From Octopus sinensis (lineage: Eukaryota), in the NCBI RefSeq assembly GCF_006345805.1, contig NC_043014.1:32488001-32552000 (forward strand): a DNA stretch of 64,000 nt, given 5' to 3'. Positions 39,191-52,600 of the stretch are shown one piece after another; within the stretch, counting starts at the first letter, position 1, and the number at the start of each line of letters is the position of its first letter. The notes under the pieces were generated by a model. That model did not search any database and was not told the DNA's origin. It was given only the letters and a program-made list of their open reading frames with translations. The translations under genes were made by a program, and so were the position numbers.

Positions 39191-40672
39191 TCCTTTAATA
39201 ATTGTTTTCTTTTAGTACTTTTAGCAATTGTTAAATACTTAATTAATAAGTTGCTTTCTCCATTATAGTATAGACACACACATGTATATACACACACACA
39301 TATATATATTATTATATCAAGGTTATATTTGATATATTATTTTTAATTTGTATTAATGTCAGACAGCGGTGTGACAATGGTCTAGCTGGCCAAAACTTCA
39401 AAGTTACCATCAACAACATCCTTGTTTAGGAATAATATATATATATATTATATATATATATATATATACATATATATACATGTATGTATGTATGCATGCA
39501 TATATGTTATTACATATGTATATACAATTGTCATTGAAATATTACTTCAGTACATATGGGACCAAATATGGAAAGGATATTGTCAGTAAACTATCTGCAT
39601 GTATGTGAGTATACATGCATGCATATGTATTCGCATGTGTGTGTATGCATGCATGTGTGTATACATGCGTGTGTGTATGTATATATTTGTTTGTTTGTAG
39701 CAAGGAAATAAATAACAAGTGAATAAAAGAAAGGGAATGAAAAGTTATCAATGTTTTTAAACCAACAGATGGATTTACACATTGCTAAAAATATTTATAT
39801 TGGACACTCTGGCCCAACAGAAAATTACAAGTAAAGAATCGAAAATTCTATTCATTAAGTGATATGTTCTACAGTTATGGTGACTTGTTCTACAGTTATG
39901 CTTCATAAAAGTTGTAACTAATTTTCTCTAATCAAACAGTTAAGTTTGAGAAATGGAACATTAGAGAGAAAGAAGACAGAGAAAGTGAAAAGCACATGTC
40001 ATCTGCCATAGGTTTTGTGTTAAATTAGCAGTTTAGCAAAGATAGTTTGTGCTACAGAATCAAAACCAACTGCTGATAGCTGGATAACAACCAAAGTGTA
40101 TGCGTGACTGCATCTATTTCTTTTCTATTTGCTGCCTTGATGATGGATCTTAAATTAAGGCTGACTAATGTGCAACCAACAAAATTGATTGATCAATTTT
40201 ATGCTGTTGTCATCAATTGATTTGAGAAGCATTCTAAAAGCTTTAGTGGTTAGCATTTGCTGGCTTAATCAGTCAGTTTGTTATGTCCAGTTGCTTATCA
40301 CAAATTTCTTAATTGGAAATGACAAGACCCAGTTTTGAATTTCAGCAGAGATCTGTTGCTGTTTTTATGCCTATATTTATGTGAATGTGTGTGTTTATCA
40401 GTATCAACATCATTTTAATGTCTTCTTTTCTATGCTTGCCTGAATCAGATGGAACTTAATGAGGCAGATATTTTACAGCCAGATGCCCTTCATGTAACCA
40501 ACTCTCACGATTTTTCCAAACAAGGTAGTATTTTCCCATGGCCAGACATATTCTCACAGAATATTAGGAATAAATTACTGTGTATGGCAGTGGCACTCAT
40601 TTACAACTATCATGCAAAGACAAGGAGACAGCCACCCATTCATGTATATACATACATATATATACCTGTATG

Positions 40673-40709
<37 letters not shown>

Positions 40710-40963
40710 ATACTCTTTTACTAGTTTCAGTCATTTGAATGCAGCCATGCTGGGGCACTGCCTTTAGTCAAGCAAATTGCCCCCAGGATTTATTCTTTGT
40801 AAACTTGGTACTTATTTTATCAGTCTCTTTTGCCAAACCACTAAGCTACGGGGACATAAACACACCAGCATCAGTTGTCAAGCGATGTTTGAGGGAGAAA
40901 CACAGACACACAAACATACACAAACACACACACACACACACACAATATATATATATATATATA

Positions 40964-42233
40964 TCAGGTTGGTGCAAAAGTAATGTCCGATTTCTAGAAA
41001 AAATGTTTCAGAGTGAATTTATCAATTTTTTAACCTTTTCTTATAGTTTTAAGATATCTCTGTGTCTAATTTGTACTATTTCCTTTGAGATTATCTAACT
41101 TCTGATCATAATTCTCAGAAAATTTTACCACCACATTTGTCCCATCTAAAGATCACATAAGAAATGTTTTACTCTACGAGTTTCATAAAGGTGTTAAAGC
41201 AAGTGCAGCAGCAAGATCTATTCAGAGCACTTATGGGGATGATGTAGTGAATGAAAGAAGTTGCAGGAGGTGGTTTTCCCATTTCCAACGTGGTGGTTTC
41301 ACTTTGAAAGAAGAGCCAAAAGAGGGTCGTCCAAAAAACTTGATTCAAAAATGTTGGAAGCTCTTGTTTCAGAGAACCCTACTGTTACCATTAGGGAACC
41401 TGCAAAGCAGTTAAACGTGGCCCATACAACCATGGTACACCAGCTAAAGCACATTGGAAAGGTTTCAGTGGTTGGAAAATGGGGCCCCCATGAGCTGTCT
41501 CCAGAGAATCAACAATAGCGCGCTGCTTGTCAATCATTGCTTTCATGACACTTTCAAGCAACATTTTTAGACAGGCTTGTTACAAGTGATGAAAAATGAA
41601 TTCTTTACCGTAATGTTAAATGCTACTGTTCTTAGATCAGTCGAGTAGGACGGCCAGTTCAACAACCAAGAGCAGGACTTCATCCAAAGAAGATCATGTT
41701 GAGTCTATGGTGGGATATCAAAGGAGTAATCCATTATGAACTGTTGGACAACAACCAAATAATTAATACTAATCTTTACTGTGAGCAACTTCATCATTTG
41801 AAAACAGTTCTGAGCCAAAAGCGAGCATCCTTGGTTAACAGAAAGAGTGTTATCTTCCATCAGGATAATACTCGTCCTCACACAGCTCGACTGACCAAAA
41901 CTCTTGTGGAAAAACTTGGTTGGAAAATACTGCATCATCCTCCACATTCTCCTGATCTTGCTCCTTTTAATTACCATTTGTTCCGAGGACTACAGAACCA
42001 TTTTGATAGACTTAGGTTAACAACAAGAGAAGAGATTGAAAATGAGTTGGATTCATATTTTGGTTCTAAACCTACAGAATTTTACAAGCGAGGCATTTAT
42101 AAGGTTGTTGAAAGATGGATTGAGGTCAGTGAAAGCATTGGAGCGTATGTTAATGAATAAATATTTCCATAGTCATTGGCTTATTCATTTTTACCTTAGA
42201 TCTTTCAATCGGACATTACTTTTGCACCAACCT

Positions 42234-42235
<2 letters not shown>
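40964..42235 (+). mobile_element. Complete mariner (DD34D) DNA transposon, ~1272 bp, inserted at TA inside a SINE microsatellite
   Basis: TIRs caggttggtgcaaaagtaatgtccgatt (40965-40992) / aatcggacattacttttgcaccaacctg (42207-42234), with TA flanks. Confidence 0.95.
41123..42160 (+). pseudogene. Mariner transposase pseudogene
   Basis: HIRNVLLYEFHKG..ERSCRRWF HTH, WGPHEL, TSDEK, HQDN, SPDLAPFNY. 34-residue D2-D3 spacing with the third Asp read as Asn (41969). Stops and frameshifts present; start coordinate approximate. Confidence 0.92.
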
Positions 42236-42290
<55 letters not shown>

Positions 42291-42540
42291 TATGTTTCAG
42301 TTTCCATTTACCAAATCCACTCACAAGGCTTTGGTCGGCCCAAAGTTATAATAGAAGACACTTGCCCAGGGTTCCACATAGTGGTACTGAACCCAAAACC
42401 ATGTAGTTGGTAAGCAAGCTACTTACCACACAGCATGTGTGTGTATGTATGTGTGTGTACATATATGAATATGTATATATATGTATAGGAGTATATCTAT
42501 ATGTGTGAGTGTGTATGTTTATGTATATGTATATAAATAT

Positions 42541-42572
<32 letters not shown>

Positions 42573-42593
42573 TTGTATATTATATATATATAC

Positions 42594-42647
<54 letters not shown>

Positions 42648-43137
42648 TATATATATACGTACATACATATATATATAATAAATTTATTTCAATTTCTAAC
42701 TTCCAGCCACTCACAAGGCTTTGATTGGCACAGGACTATAGCAGAAGACATTTCCCCAGTGTCCTACTCAGTGGGACCAAACCCCAAAACTATGTGGTTG
42801 GGAAGTAAATTTCTTAATCACACCGTCTTGCCTATATATAAATACATACATACACACATATATATATAATTATAAAAGTCCCTTTTGGGATAATAATTAT
42901 TGAAGCACATCATAAAGAATAACTCTAAAGAATAGAATGTAAATAATGAAGGGAAAAATTAGAAGGACACCTTTGACATCTTCCATCCCCAAAGATTTTT
43001 CAATGCAATATTTGCATACTATAATTTATGGGTTGGGGTTGATGTAATACCTTTTGAGAAACATTAGTCCAAAAACAGAATTATTTCAAATTCTGTTGGA
43101 AATTTATAAAATCATTATGGCACTATCTCTCTCTTTT

Positions 43138-43176
<39 letters not shown>

Positions 43177-43194
43177 GTCTCTCTTTCTCTCTAT

Positions 43195-43390
43195 TTAACT
43201 TTCTATCTACCTATACTCTTTTACTTGTTTCAGTCATTTGACTGTGGCCATGCTGGAGCACCGCCTTTAGTCAAGCAAATCGATTCCAGGACTTATTCTT
43301 TTGCCGAACCACTAAATTACGGGCATGTAAACACACCAGCATCAGTTGTCAAGCGATGTTGGGGGGACAAACACAGATACACAAACATAT

Positions 43391-43433
<43 letters not shown>

Positions 43434-43605
43434 CATATATACGACGGGCTTCTTTCAGCTTTCATCTACCAAATCCACTCACAAGGCATTGGTCGGCCTG
43501 AAGCTATAGTAGTAGACACTTGCCCAAGGTGCCATGCAGTGGGACTGAACCCGGAACTATGTGGTTCGTAAGCAAGCTTCTTACTACACAGCCACTCCTA
43601 TGCCT
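43195..43605 (-). mobile_element. SINE family A
   Basis: Full-length copy. Confidence 0.85.
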
Positions 43606-44644
43606 ATCTGTATTTTTATTGTCTAATACTCTGAATTTCTCGAAATTCTTCTAAATGATATTGGGATTAAATTGTCATACATGAGGAATTATCTTGGATG
43701 TGTATTCTACTTGCATTTATTGATGTCTGATTGTTTGATACAGTTAAGTGAATTTGTTTAAAATTGAGTGCTTTATTGATAACTGCTTGAATCTTTTAAT
43801 CCCATTTTTGCTTCTTATAAATGTGTAGGAGTGGAGTGGCTGTATGGTAAGTAGCTTGCTTACGAACCACATGGTTCTAGGTTAGGTTCCACTGTGTGGC
43901 ACCTAGCCTCAGACTAACCAAAGCCTTGTGGATGGATTTGGTAGATGGAAACTGAAAGAAGCCCATCGTATATATGTATATATATATATATATGTATGTG
44001 TATGTTTGTGTGTCTGTGATAGATAGATAGATAGTATGATATAGATAGATAGATGGATAGATAGATACACAAAGACACACACACATACATATATGTGTAT
44101 ATGTGTGTGTGTATGTACGTGTGACCTGAAGTAATGCTAAAAGATACATACACAAGATGACTCAGAGTAGGAAAAACCTGGGATCTCATAATTTCAAGGT
44201 GAACATCTTCATCTTTCAGTTATGTTATATCAACCCAGGTCATATGAGTGATATTGAATGAATACAAACTGTGTGAATCCCCAGTGGACTGATGGTACAT
44301 ATAATACAATGTTACGGCTTATCACACACTATGTCACTGTTTGTACCTGAGAATTAAACTAAGGATACACATACATGTCTGTGGAGTACTCAGCCAGTTA
44401 CAGATTAATTTAAAGAGCAGTTAATACAGTTTATCAAACAACTGAATCATCATTGCTGAAATCAACAGAGATCCATTTACTTCCTACAAATGTGTGCATG
44501 TGTTTGTGTACATGAGTCTGTATACATATCTATGTATACATGTATATGTGTATATATCTATGAATATCATACACACACACACATATATATAAATATATGT
44601 ATGTGTGTATATGTATACATGTATATACATATGTATATATGTAT

Positions 44645-44697
<53 letters not shown>

Positions 44698-44700
44698 TAC

Positions 44701-44786
<86 letters not shown>

Positions 44787-44885
44787 CCACACAAAATCCA
44801 GGAGGGAAGAAACAGACGTTAATCAATATGATGATAATGATATATAAATATATATATATGTATATTTGTGTATATATATATATGC

Positions 44886-44937
<52 letters not shown>

Positions 44938-45189
44938 GTCCATGCATATGTGACTAATTACCTCTACAATGACAATTGTTATGAAGAGCTGTCCTCTTCC
45001 AACCCTGTCTCTTCAACCCACTCATCAAGACCCTCTTCCTCTTTATTTTCCCTCATCTTCCTCCTCTTCTTCCTTCTCTTCCTTCTCTTGATAGTTAATA
45101 TTGCTTTCCAATAAATGTAAGCCAATTTACTGAACCCTAATTACTTGGCTACATTTCACAAACGATGAAACGAAAGCTCAACCATCCAA

Positions 45190-46086
45190 CCATTAGGCCA
45201 CTACCACCACCACCAACAACAACAACGCCACCATCACTACTACTACAACCACTACCACCATCACTCTCAACACCACCAATAACTACAATTATAAGAAAAA
45301 AATAATAAAATAGTAATAACAACACTAATAATGATTGCTAGCATCAGTTTAATATTAATAATATTAACAATAATTTTCCCATTTGTCACAGGAGGGAGGG
45401 ATGATGAGGACATTAGAGGGATAATAATAGCAGTAGCAATAATGATGATGATGATGGTGGTGGTGGTGGTGGTGGTGGTGATGATGACAACAACAACAAC
45501 AACAACAACAATAGTAATAATAATGATGATAACAAAATAACAGCAGCAACAAAAACAATAATGATAATAAAGACGATAAGGATTTCTATCATATTCATGA
45601 TGAGGACACTGATGATGATGACGACGATGACGACAAAGATGATGATGATCATCAGGATCATGATCATTATGATGATGGCAACAATGATGATTATGACGAT
45701 GATGATGATGATGATGATAATGACGACGACGATGATGATGATGATGACAACGACGACGATGTTGATGATGATGATGATGACAATGATAACAATGAAGATG
45801 ATGATGATGACAATGGCGACAACGATGATGATGATGATGATGATAGCAACGACGATGACATTGATGACGATAATGACGATGATGAGGATGACTCCTTTTA
45901 CCATGACAGTAATTAAAATAGTAATAAAGAAAAAAAAAAAAGAAAAATTTACAATGGAATCCAGGGTGACATAGTTGTTAGAGAGGAACTTGTATTTCTC
46001 TGTATGCCTCTATGTACCTCTATGTGCCTCTGTGTGCCTCCGTGTGCCTCTGTGTGCCTTTTTGTTCTTCTGTATGTCTGTGCTTG

Positions 46087-46129
<43 letters not shown>

Positions 46130-46155
46130 GCACACACATATATATATACATATAT

Positions 46156-46201
<46 letters not shown>

Positions 46202-46299
46202 GTACATATATGTATGTGTGTGCATGTGTATGAGTGTGTGTGTATTTTCACCTTTTAAAAATTTATTTATTTATTTATTTATTCATTCATTTATTTTCT

Positions 46300-46332
<33 letters not shown>

Positions 46333-47283
46333 GTTTCTGTGTCTTTTTTTCCCCCTCTTATTATTTGTTATTTATCATTTGTTATTTGTTAAATATTTGT
46401 TTATTTTTACATTTTCATCTTTTTATCTTTATATCTTTTTTTTTATTATTATGCTTTTGGTTTTGTTTTTTTTTGTTTTTGTTTTTTTTTTCTGCCTCCG
46501 ACTTTGAAGCTAATTCGACATCAATTTCAACAAACTGCTTCAGATTTTTAATTAAGATAAACCAATTTATTGACATTAAAAATTGTCAGGAATAAAATAA
46601 CAAAAAAAAAAAAAATAAATAAAGGCTGGATAATTGTGGAGGTGTGTGTGGGGGGGATGGGGGAGAACAACAGGAAGTTACAGTAAAAACAACTGTAATA
46701 ACTACAGCAGTATTAATAATAATGGAAACACCAATAATAACGACAAAATAGTAATAATGATGATGATGATGATGATGATGATGGTGTTGGTGATGATGAC
46801 GATGTTGATGGTAGTTATGACTGTAACAATAATGATCGCAACAGCCATAATAACAACGACAGGAACAGCAGCAGCAGCAACAACATAGACAGCAGCAACA
46901 ACAACAATAATGATAATAGTAACATACAACAGTAATGGCGGCAACAGGGAAGCCAAAAGCCACAAGAACAATAACAACAACAACAACAACAACAACAACA
47001 CAGTAACAACACCAACAGCAGCAGCAGTAGCTGCAGCAATAACAACAGCAATAACAACAAAACTGAAAGCAACAATAGTAGCAGCAGTAGCAGCAGCATT
47101 AACAACAGCAACAGCAACAACAACTACAACACAGTAACAACAACAGCAACAACAAAACTGAAAACAACAGCAACAACAGTAGCAACAACAGCATCAACAA
47201 CAACAACAACACAGTAACAACAGCAACAATAACAACAGCAGTAGCAGCAGCAATAACAACAACAGCAACAACAAAGCTGAAAA

Positions 47284-47315
<32 letters not shown>

Positions 47316-48283
47316 GTAAAAACAACAACAGCAGCAGAAGCAGCAGTAATAACAACAGCAACAACAACAACAACACAGTAACAACAACAACAGCTGTAGC
47401 AGTAGCAGCAGCAATAACAACAGCAACAGCAGCAACAACAACAACAACAACAATAGCAGTAACAACAGCAGTGGTGAGAGCAGCATCAATAACAACAGCA
47501 ACAACAAATGCAGAAACAACTGTAGCTACAACAACATTAGCAACAACAACAACAACAACAACCACAAAAACAACAACCGCAAAAGCAACAACAACACCAA
47601 CAACAACTGCAATTACAATGTTAGCAGTTTAGCGCCAGCACCTGTTTGTTGGTTGTCCACTCTATTAAGATGGCAGCGGGGGGGGGGGTCTTCTTGTCTG
47701 GAGATAACAGCCTCCCTGTTTCCTCGTTAGTCTTGGAGGTCCTTAAAATTGTCAGGGACATTGCACTTCCTTTTGTCTGAGCTGTTGAACAATGGAAAGC
47801 TCACTTGACAAGGATAACAAGAACGGCCACAACCAATAATAACAACAACACCACTGTTGTTGCCACCAGCAACACCACCATCATCATTATCATCATCTCA
47901 CTAGCATCATCATCACCATCAGCACCCACATCACTAACATCATCATCTTTACCATCATTGCTATTATCATCACCATCACCATCACCATCCTTACCATCTT
48001 TCTCGTATTCCTTCTCCTCTTCCTTCTCCCCTCCTCTCTTCCTCCTCTTCTTCCTCCTCTCCCGCCTCCTCCCCTCCTCCTCTTCCACCATCTCTTCTTC
48101 CTCCACCTTCTCCTCTTCTTCCTGTTCTTCCTCTTCTTTCTTCTCCTCCTCATCCTGTTCCTCCTCTTTCTCCCTCTCTTCTTCTTCATCATTATCATCA
48201 TCATCATCTCCTCCCTCTCCTCATCCTCCTGCTCCTCATCATTCGCATCATCATCATTAACACCATCATCACGACTCCTCACA

Positions 48284-48323
<40 letters not shown>

Positions 48324-48480
48324 CCACCACCGTTATCATCAACATTACCTCATTTACCAAAGGTATCAACTATAAAACAAATAAAAACAACAGTAGAAAT
48401 AATGATAACAACAACAACAACAACAGCCACCACAGTGACAACATCAGCAACAAAAACAACTACAATAACACCAACACCAA
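45190..48480. repeat. ~3.3-kb mosaic of trinucleotide low-complexity repeats (CAA, CAG, GAT, CAT, CTT) with (TA)/(CA) islands
   Basis: Direct reading. The ORFs here are homopolymeric artefacts. Confidence 0.95.
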
Positions 48481-49600
48481 CATCAGAAGAACCCAGAAAC
48501 AAACAACCGAGTCTTTATGTGGTTACTCGACCACAAGAAATAGCAGTCACAATGAAACTATAAACTACAACACTGACATTATGAAGTAATGAAGGAACCA
48601 TTATGTAGTCTCACAGCTACTAGAAATAGCAGTCAAATGTCCTCAAGTAACATGTTGGCTTCTTTAAATAAAAAAGACGCATTATAAATGTAGTTTTAGG
48701 TACTTAATGAAAAATAGATGGGATGGTTATGGCTAGAATGTCTTTGATAAGACATGAGTTTGAACAACAGCAACAACAGTATTAATAGCAGCAGCACAAG
48801 CAAATAAGGGAGTCTTTATACAGTTTCTTGATCAGCTAGAAATAGAGAGTACAGCTCTAGCAAACCTCACCCTATCATCTTAAGAGAAAAAAGACACTTT
48901 TAATAATGGTGTCTTAAATACAAAGATATATGAATAACAGACAGGATGGTCACGTTTGGAACATTTTTCATCATAGAGCATAAAATCTGGAATCCAAGGA
49001 CACATAAAAAGCACCATTCAAAAATGGTCACTGCCAGTGGCATGTAAAAAGCACCCTTCGAGTCAGGTCAATGCCAGATGGTGACCTGACTGGCCCTTGT
49101 GCCAGTGGCATGGCATCCAGCTGTAGAAACCTTGTCAGATCAGACTGGAGCTTGGTGCAGCTTCCTGGCTTGCCAGTCCTCAGTCAAACCGTCCAATCCA
49201 TGCCAGCATGGAAAGCAGACAGTAAGCGATAATGATAATGACGTTCTGTATCAGCAAAAGTTGTTGATATAAGAATCCAAAAGCTGTGAGGAATATAGAA
49301 TCTATCATTTCTTTTTTTCCTTCCAGTGGTTTCAAATGCCTGAGGAAATGGTTGGTGATATAGCTTATGTAATACACTAATCGTGAATAAATTGCTATGC
49401 TACTGAAACCCTTGAAACATGTATTAAACTGTCATTGCCAATTCATCTTCATTTATTATATTTCTTCATCATGTGATATGTGAAACTAATGTTACTATAG
49501 AGATTGTTGCTGCTTAATACCTGATATTATTACACAATTATGATTACGTTAATTAATTTTATGACTGGATGATATAATAGGAATGTTTATTTATTAGTTT

Positions 49601-50076
49601 TCCTACAGGATGCACTGCCAGCCAATTACATGCTAGAGGCTAATGAGCAAATAACCACAACCAGTAAGATCCAAACCATGTGTGGCTGTGTGGTAAGAAG
49701 CTTGCTTCCCAACCACATGGTTCTGGGTTCAGCCCTACTGTGTGACACCTTGGACAAGTGTCTTCTACTATAGCCTCGGGCAAATCAAATATATATATAT
49801 GTATGTATCTGAAAGAAGCCCATCATATATATATACACACACAATGGGCTTCTTTCCATTTCTGTCAACCAAATCCACTCACAAGGCTTTGATTTGCCCA
49901 AGGCTATAGTAGAAGACACTTGTCCAAGGTGTCACACAGTAGGGCTGAACCCAGAACCATGTGGTTGCGAAGCAAGCTTCTTACCACACAGCCACACATG
50001 GTTTGGATCTTACTGGTTGTGGTTATTTGCTCATTAGCCTCTAGCATGTAATTGGCTGGCAGTGCATCCTGTAGGA
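49601..50076. repeat. Inverted duplication, 189-bp arms, 98-bp spacer
   Basis: 49601-49789 vs 49888-50076; two mismatches seen. Confidence 0.95.
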
Positions 50077-50528
50077 TGGTATATATATATATGTGTATAT
50101 ATATATATATATATAATTCCAAGAGAGTTAGAGGTTGTGAATCCAACCAACTAAGGGATAATATCTATCCAATATACTGCTGGCAGAATACCCAGTTATT
50201 TATACACAAGTGTTTTTTTCATTGTATGGCAATTACATTACCAAGTGTAATAAATGGGTGAGGGTAAAAAGTTATTTTACACTTAATTTATATAGCAATA
50301 AGAAAATCGAGGGGATCAACTTTTAAACATTATATTATGTCTATTTATTATGTCTATAAGTTGATGAATACTACCTATTGATACCCTCCATTTTCTTTTC
50401 TTATTCTTGTATATATATATATATATACATGGCCTGGACCAATCTTTGGTCGAAACATATCTAAGTTTATATAAGTTTATATATATATATCCATATATCC
50501 ATGAGAGTTAGAGGTTGGGAAGCCAACC

Positions 50529-50570
<42 letters not shown>

Positions 50571-50936
50571 GAATGTTATGGAAACACGAACATCATCATT
50601 TTTTGCCTTTTAATTTTACATTTAATCATACAGCATAATTATTTGGTTACAATGACAGACATATGTTTCTGCTGCACAGAATATGTGTAGTTGGATATGC
50701 ATCCCAGCATAACCTTTTGTGTACCTTCATTCAGGGTTCTTCAGCAAGAACAGTTCAAAGTGATCTCACATATTCATAGTCTAGGGAAGTGAACCTGGAA
50801 TTACCCATTTGAAGAATTACAGTGAGTTTGTTAATACCTAAGTGATTATTGACACTTGGTACTGCTGGATGTGGTTAACCATGACCTGGAAATTATCTCA
50901 TAATATATCATCGTCGTCATCATCATCTTCATCAAT

Positions 50937-50972
<36 letters not shown>

Positions 50973-51081
50973 TCATCATCATCATCGTCGTCGTCATCAT
51001 CATCGCCGTCATCATCATCGTCATCATCATCGTCGTCATCATCATCATCATCATCCTCATCCTCATCATCATCATCACCAC

Positions 51082-52535
51082 CATCATCGTTTAACAACCA
51101 TTTTCCATGCTGGCATGGGATGGACAGTTTGACAAGGAGCTGGCCATCCGGGGAGCTGTCCATATTCTAATTGTCTGTTGCGGCATGGTTTCAGTGGCTG
51201 GATGCTCTTCCTGACACCAACCACTTTACAGCAAGTGCTGGGTGTTTTTTATGTGCCACTGGTGTGTTTATGCAGCACTAGCACAAGTGCATTTTATGTG
51301 GCACTGGCACCAGCAGAGGGCAAGCCTGTATGTATGGATAGCAGTGATTTTATTTAGCTTTTCAAGTACAGTTAATCCTCATAACACTCAATTGCTTGTT
51401 ATTTCCTCAGTGAGGCGCAGTGTCCAAAGATCCTTTCTCACCATTTCGTTCCATGTCTTCCTGGGTCTACTCCTTCTACTGGTACCCTCCACAATTAGAG
51501 CTCAGCACTTCTTTACACTGCTGTGCTCATCCACATGACCAAACCTGCAATCTTCTCTCTCTTGCACACAACATCTGACACCTCTTACACCCAGTTTTCC
51601 TCTTAAATCATTTACACTCTGTTGTGCACACTGACATTTTAAAAATTCTTTACTACACACAAGGGACTAAACACAGAGAGGATAAACAAGGACAGACAAA
51701 TGGATCAAGTCGATTATATCGACTCCAGTGCATAACTGGTACTTATTTAATTGACCCCAAAAGGATTAAAGGCAAAGTCGACCTTGGTGGAATTTGAACT
51801 CAGAACGTAGCGGCAGACGAAATACCGCTAAGCATTTCGCCTGGCGTGCTAGCGTTTCTGCCAGCTCGCCGCCTTGTGCACACTGACATTACCCATCCAG
51901 GGAAGCATGCTTGCCTCATTTCTTTCAAGCCTTTGTAAGTCTTCTGTCATCACAGCCCATGTTTCCCTGCCATGTAACATAGCTGTGTGTACATAACCAT
52001 CATACAATCTACCTTTCATTCTGAGGGAAAAGCCATTAGTAACAAACAAAGGTAGAAGCTCTCTGAACTTGGCCCAGTTCATTATTCAAGGAGTTACACG
52101 TTCAGAACTTCCTCTTCCAATGCTAACTTGGTCTTCTGAGTAACAGAAGCGATCTACTACTTCTAAGGACCCCCCCACCCCACCAGACATTTGAGGGAGT
52201 CTATTGCCTATTTTGTGCTTACTATACTTGTATATTTGCCACACACAGAGACTATTTTCTCTGTTAACCGTCCTATGATACTGCTACACCTCTTATGTGT
52301 CCAAAGTTTGCATTGGGTACAACATATAGAGTTTCTATTAATACCCCTCTAATATATCAAGCAGGGCCATCTCTCTGAAAGTACAAGTAATTTGTCTGTT
52401 TCCTTAGATTCCAGGCATTGCTTCCATACCTGAAATTTCTTCTCTAGGTCAGGTAGCTATAAAAAACAAGCTCATCAGCATAGAAGAACCCCCAGGAGCA
52501 GCTAGTCTTGAATTCTGTTAAGGCCTGGAAGTCTA
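51082..52535 (-). mobile_element. Decayed RTE LINE, interrupted by a SINE
   Basis: Remnants QALTEFKTSCSWGFFYADEL, TQCKLWTHKRCS, NWAKFRELLPLFVTNGFSLRMKGRLYD, plus the RTE-type tail. Confidence 0.85.
51639..51873 (-). mobile_element. SINE family B (tRNA-derived; A box ggcagaaacgctagc, B box gagttcaaattcc) with 17-bp TSD
   Basis: TSD ttgtgcacactgacatt at 51622-51638 and 51874-51890, duplicating RTE coding sequence. Confidence 0.92.
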
Positions 52536-52543
52536 AGATATAT

Positions 52544-52595
<52 letters not shown>

Positions 52596-52600
52596 TAGAT

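Larger units (their letters stand above)
40710..42435 (-). mobile_element. SINE family A, split by the mariner
   Basis: Tail half 40710-40963, head half ~42290-42435. Confidence 0.82.

Noticed and set aside
45190-48480. Low-complexity protein-coding exon (poly-Q/T/D/E)
   Set aside because: The repeat type and strand switch repeatedly, stops occur in all long frames, and no splice or domain context was seen.
50425-50465. Hammerhead-like gacca-atctt-tggtc-GAAAC hairpin
   Set aside because: The CUGANGA core is absent; at most a truncated Penelope relic.
50118-50534. ~40-bp direct repeat (gagagttagaggttg.gaa.ccaaccaa) as LTRs
   Set aside because: Too short, with no TG..CA termini, PBS or PPT; probably fragments of one degraded repeat.
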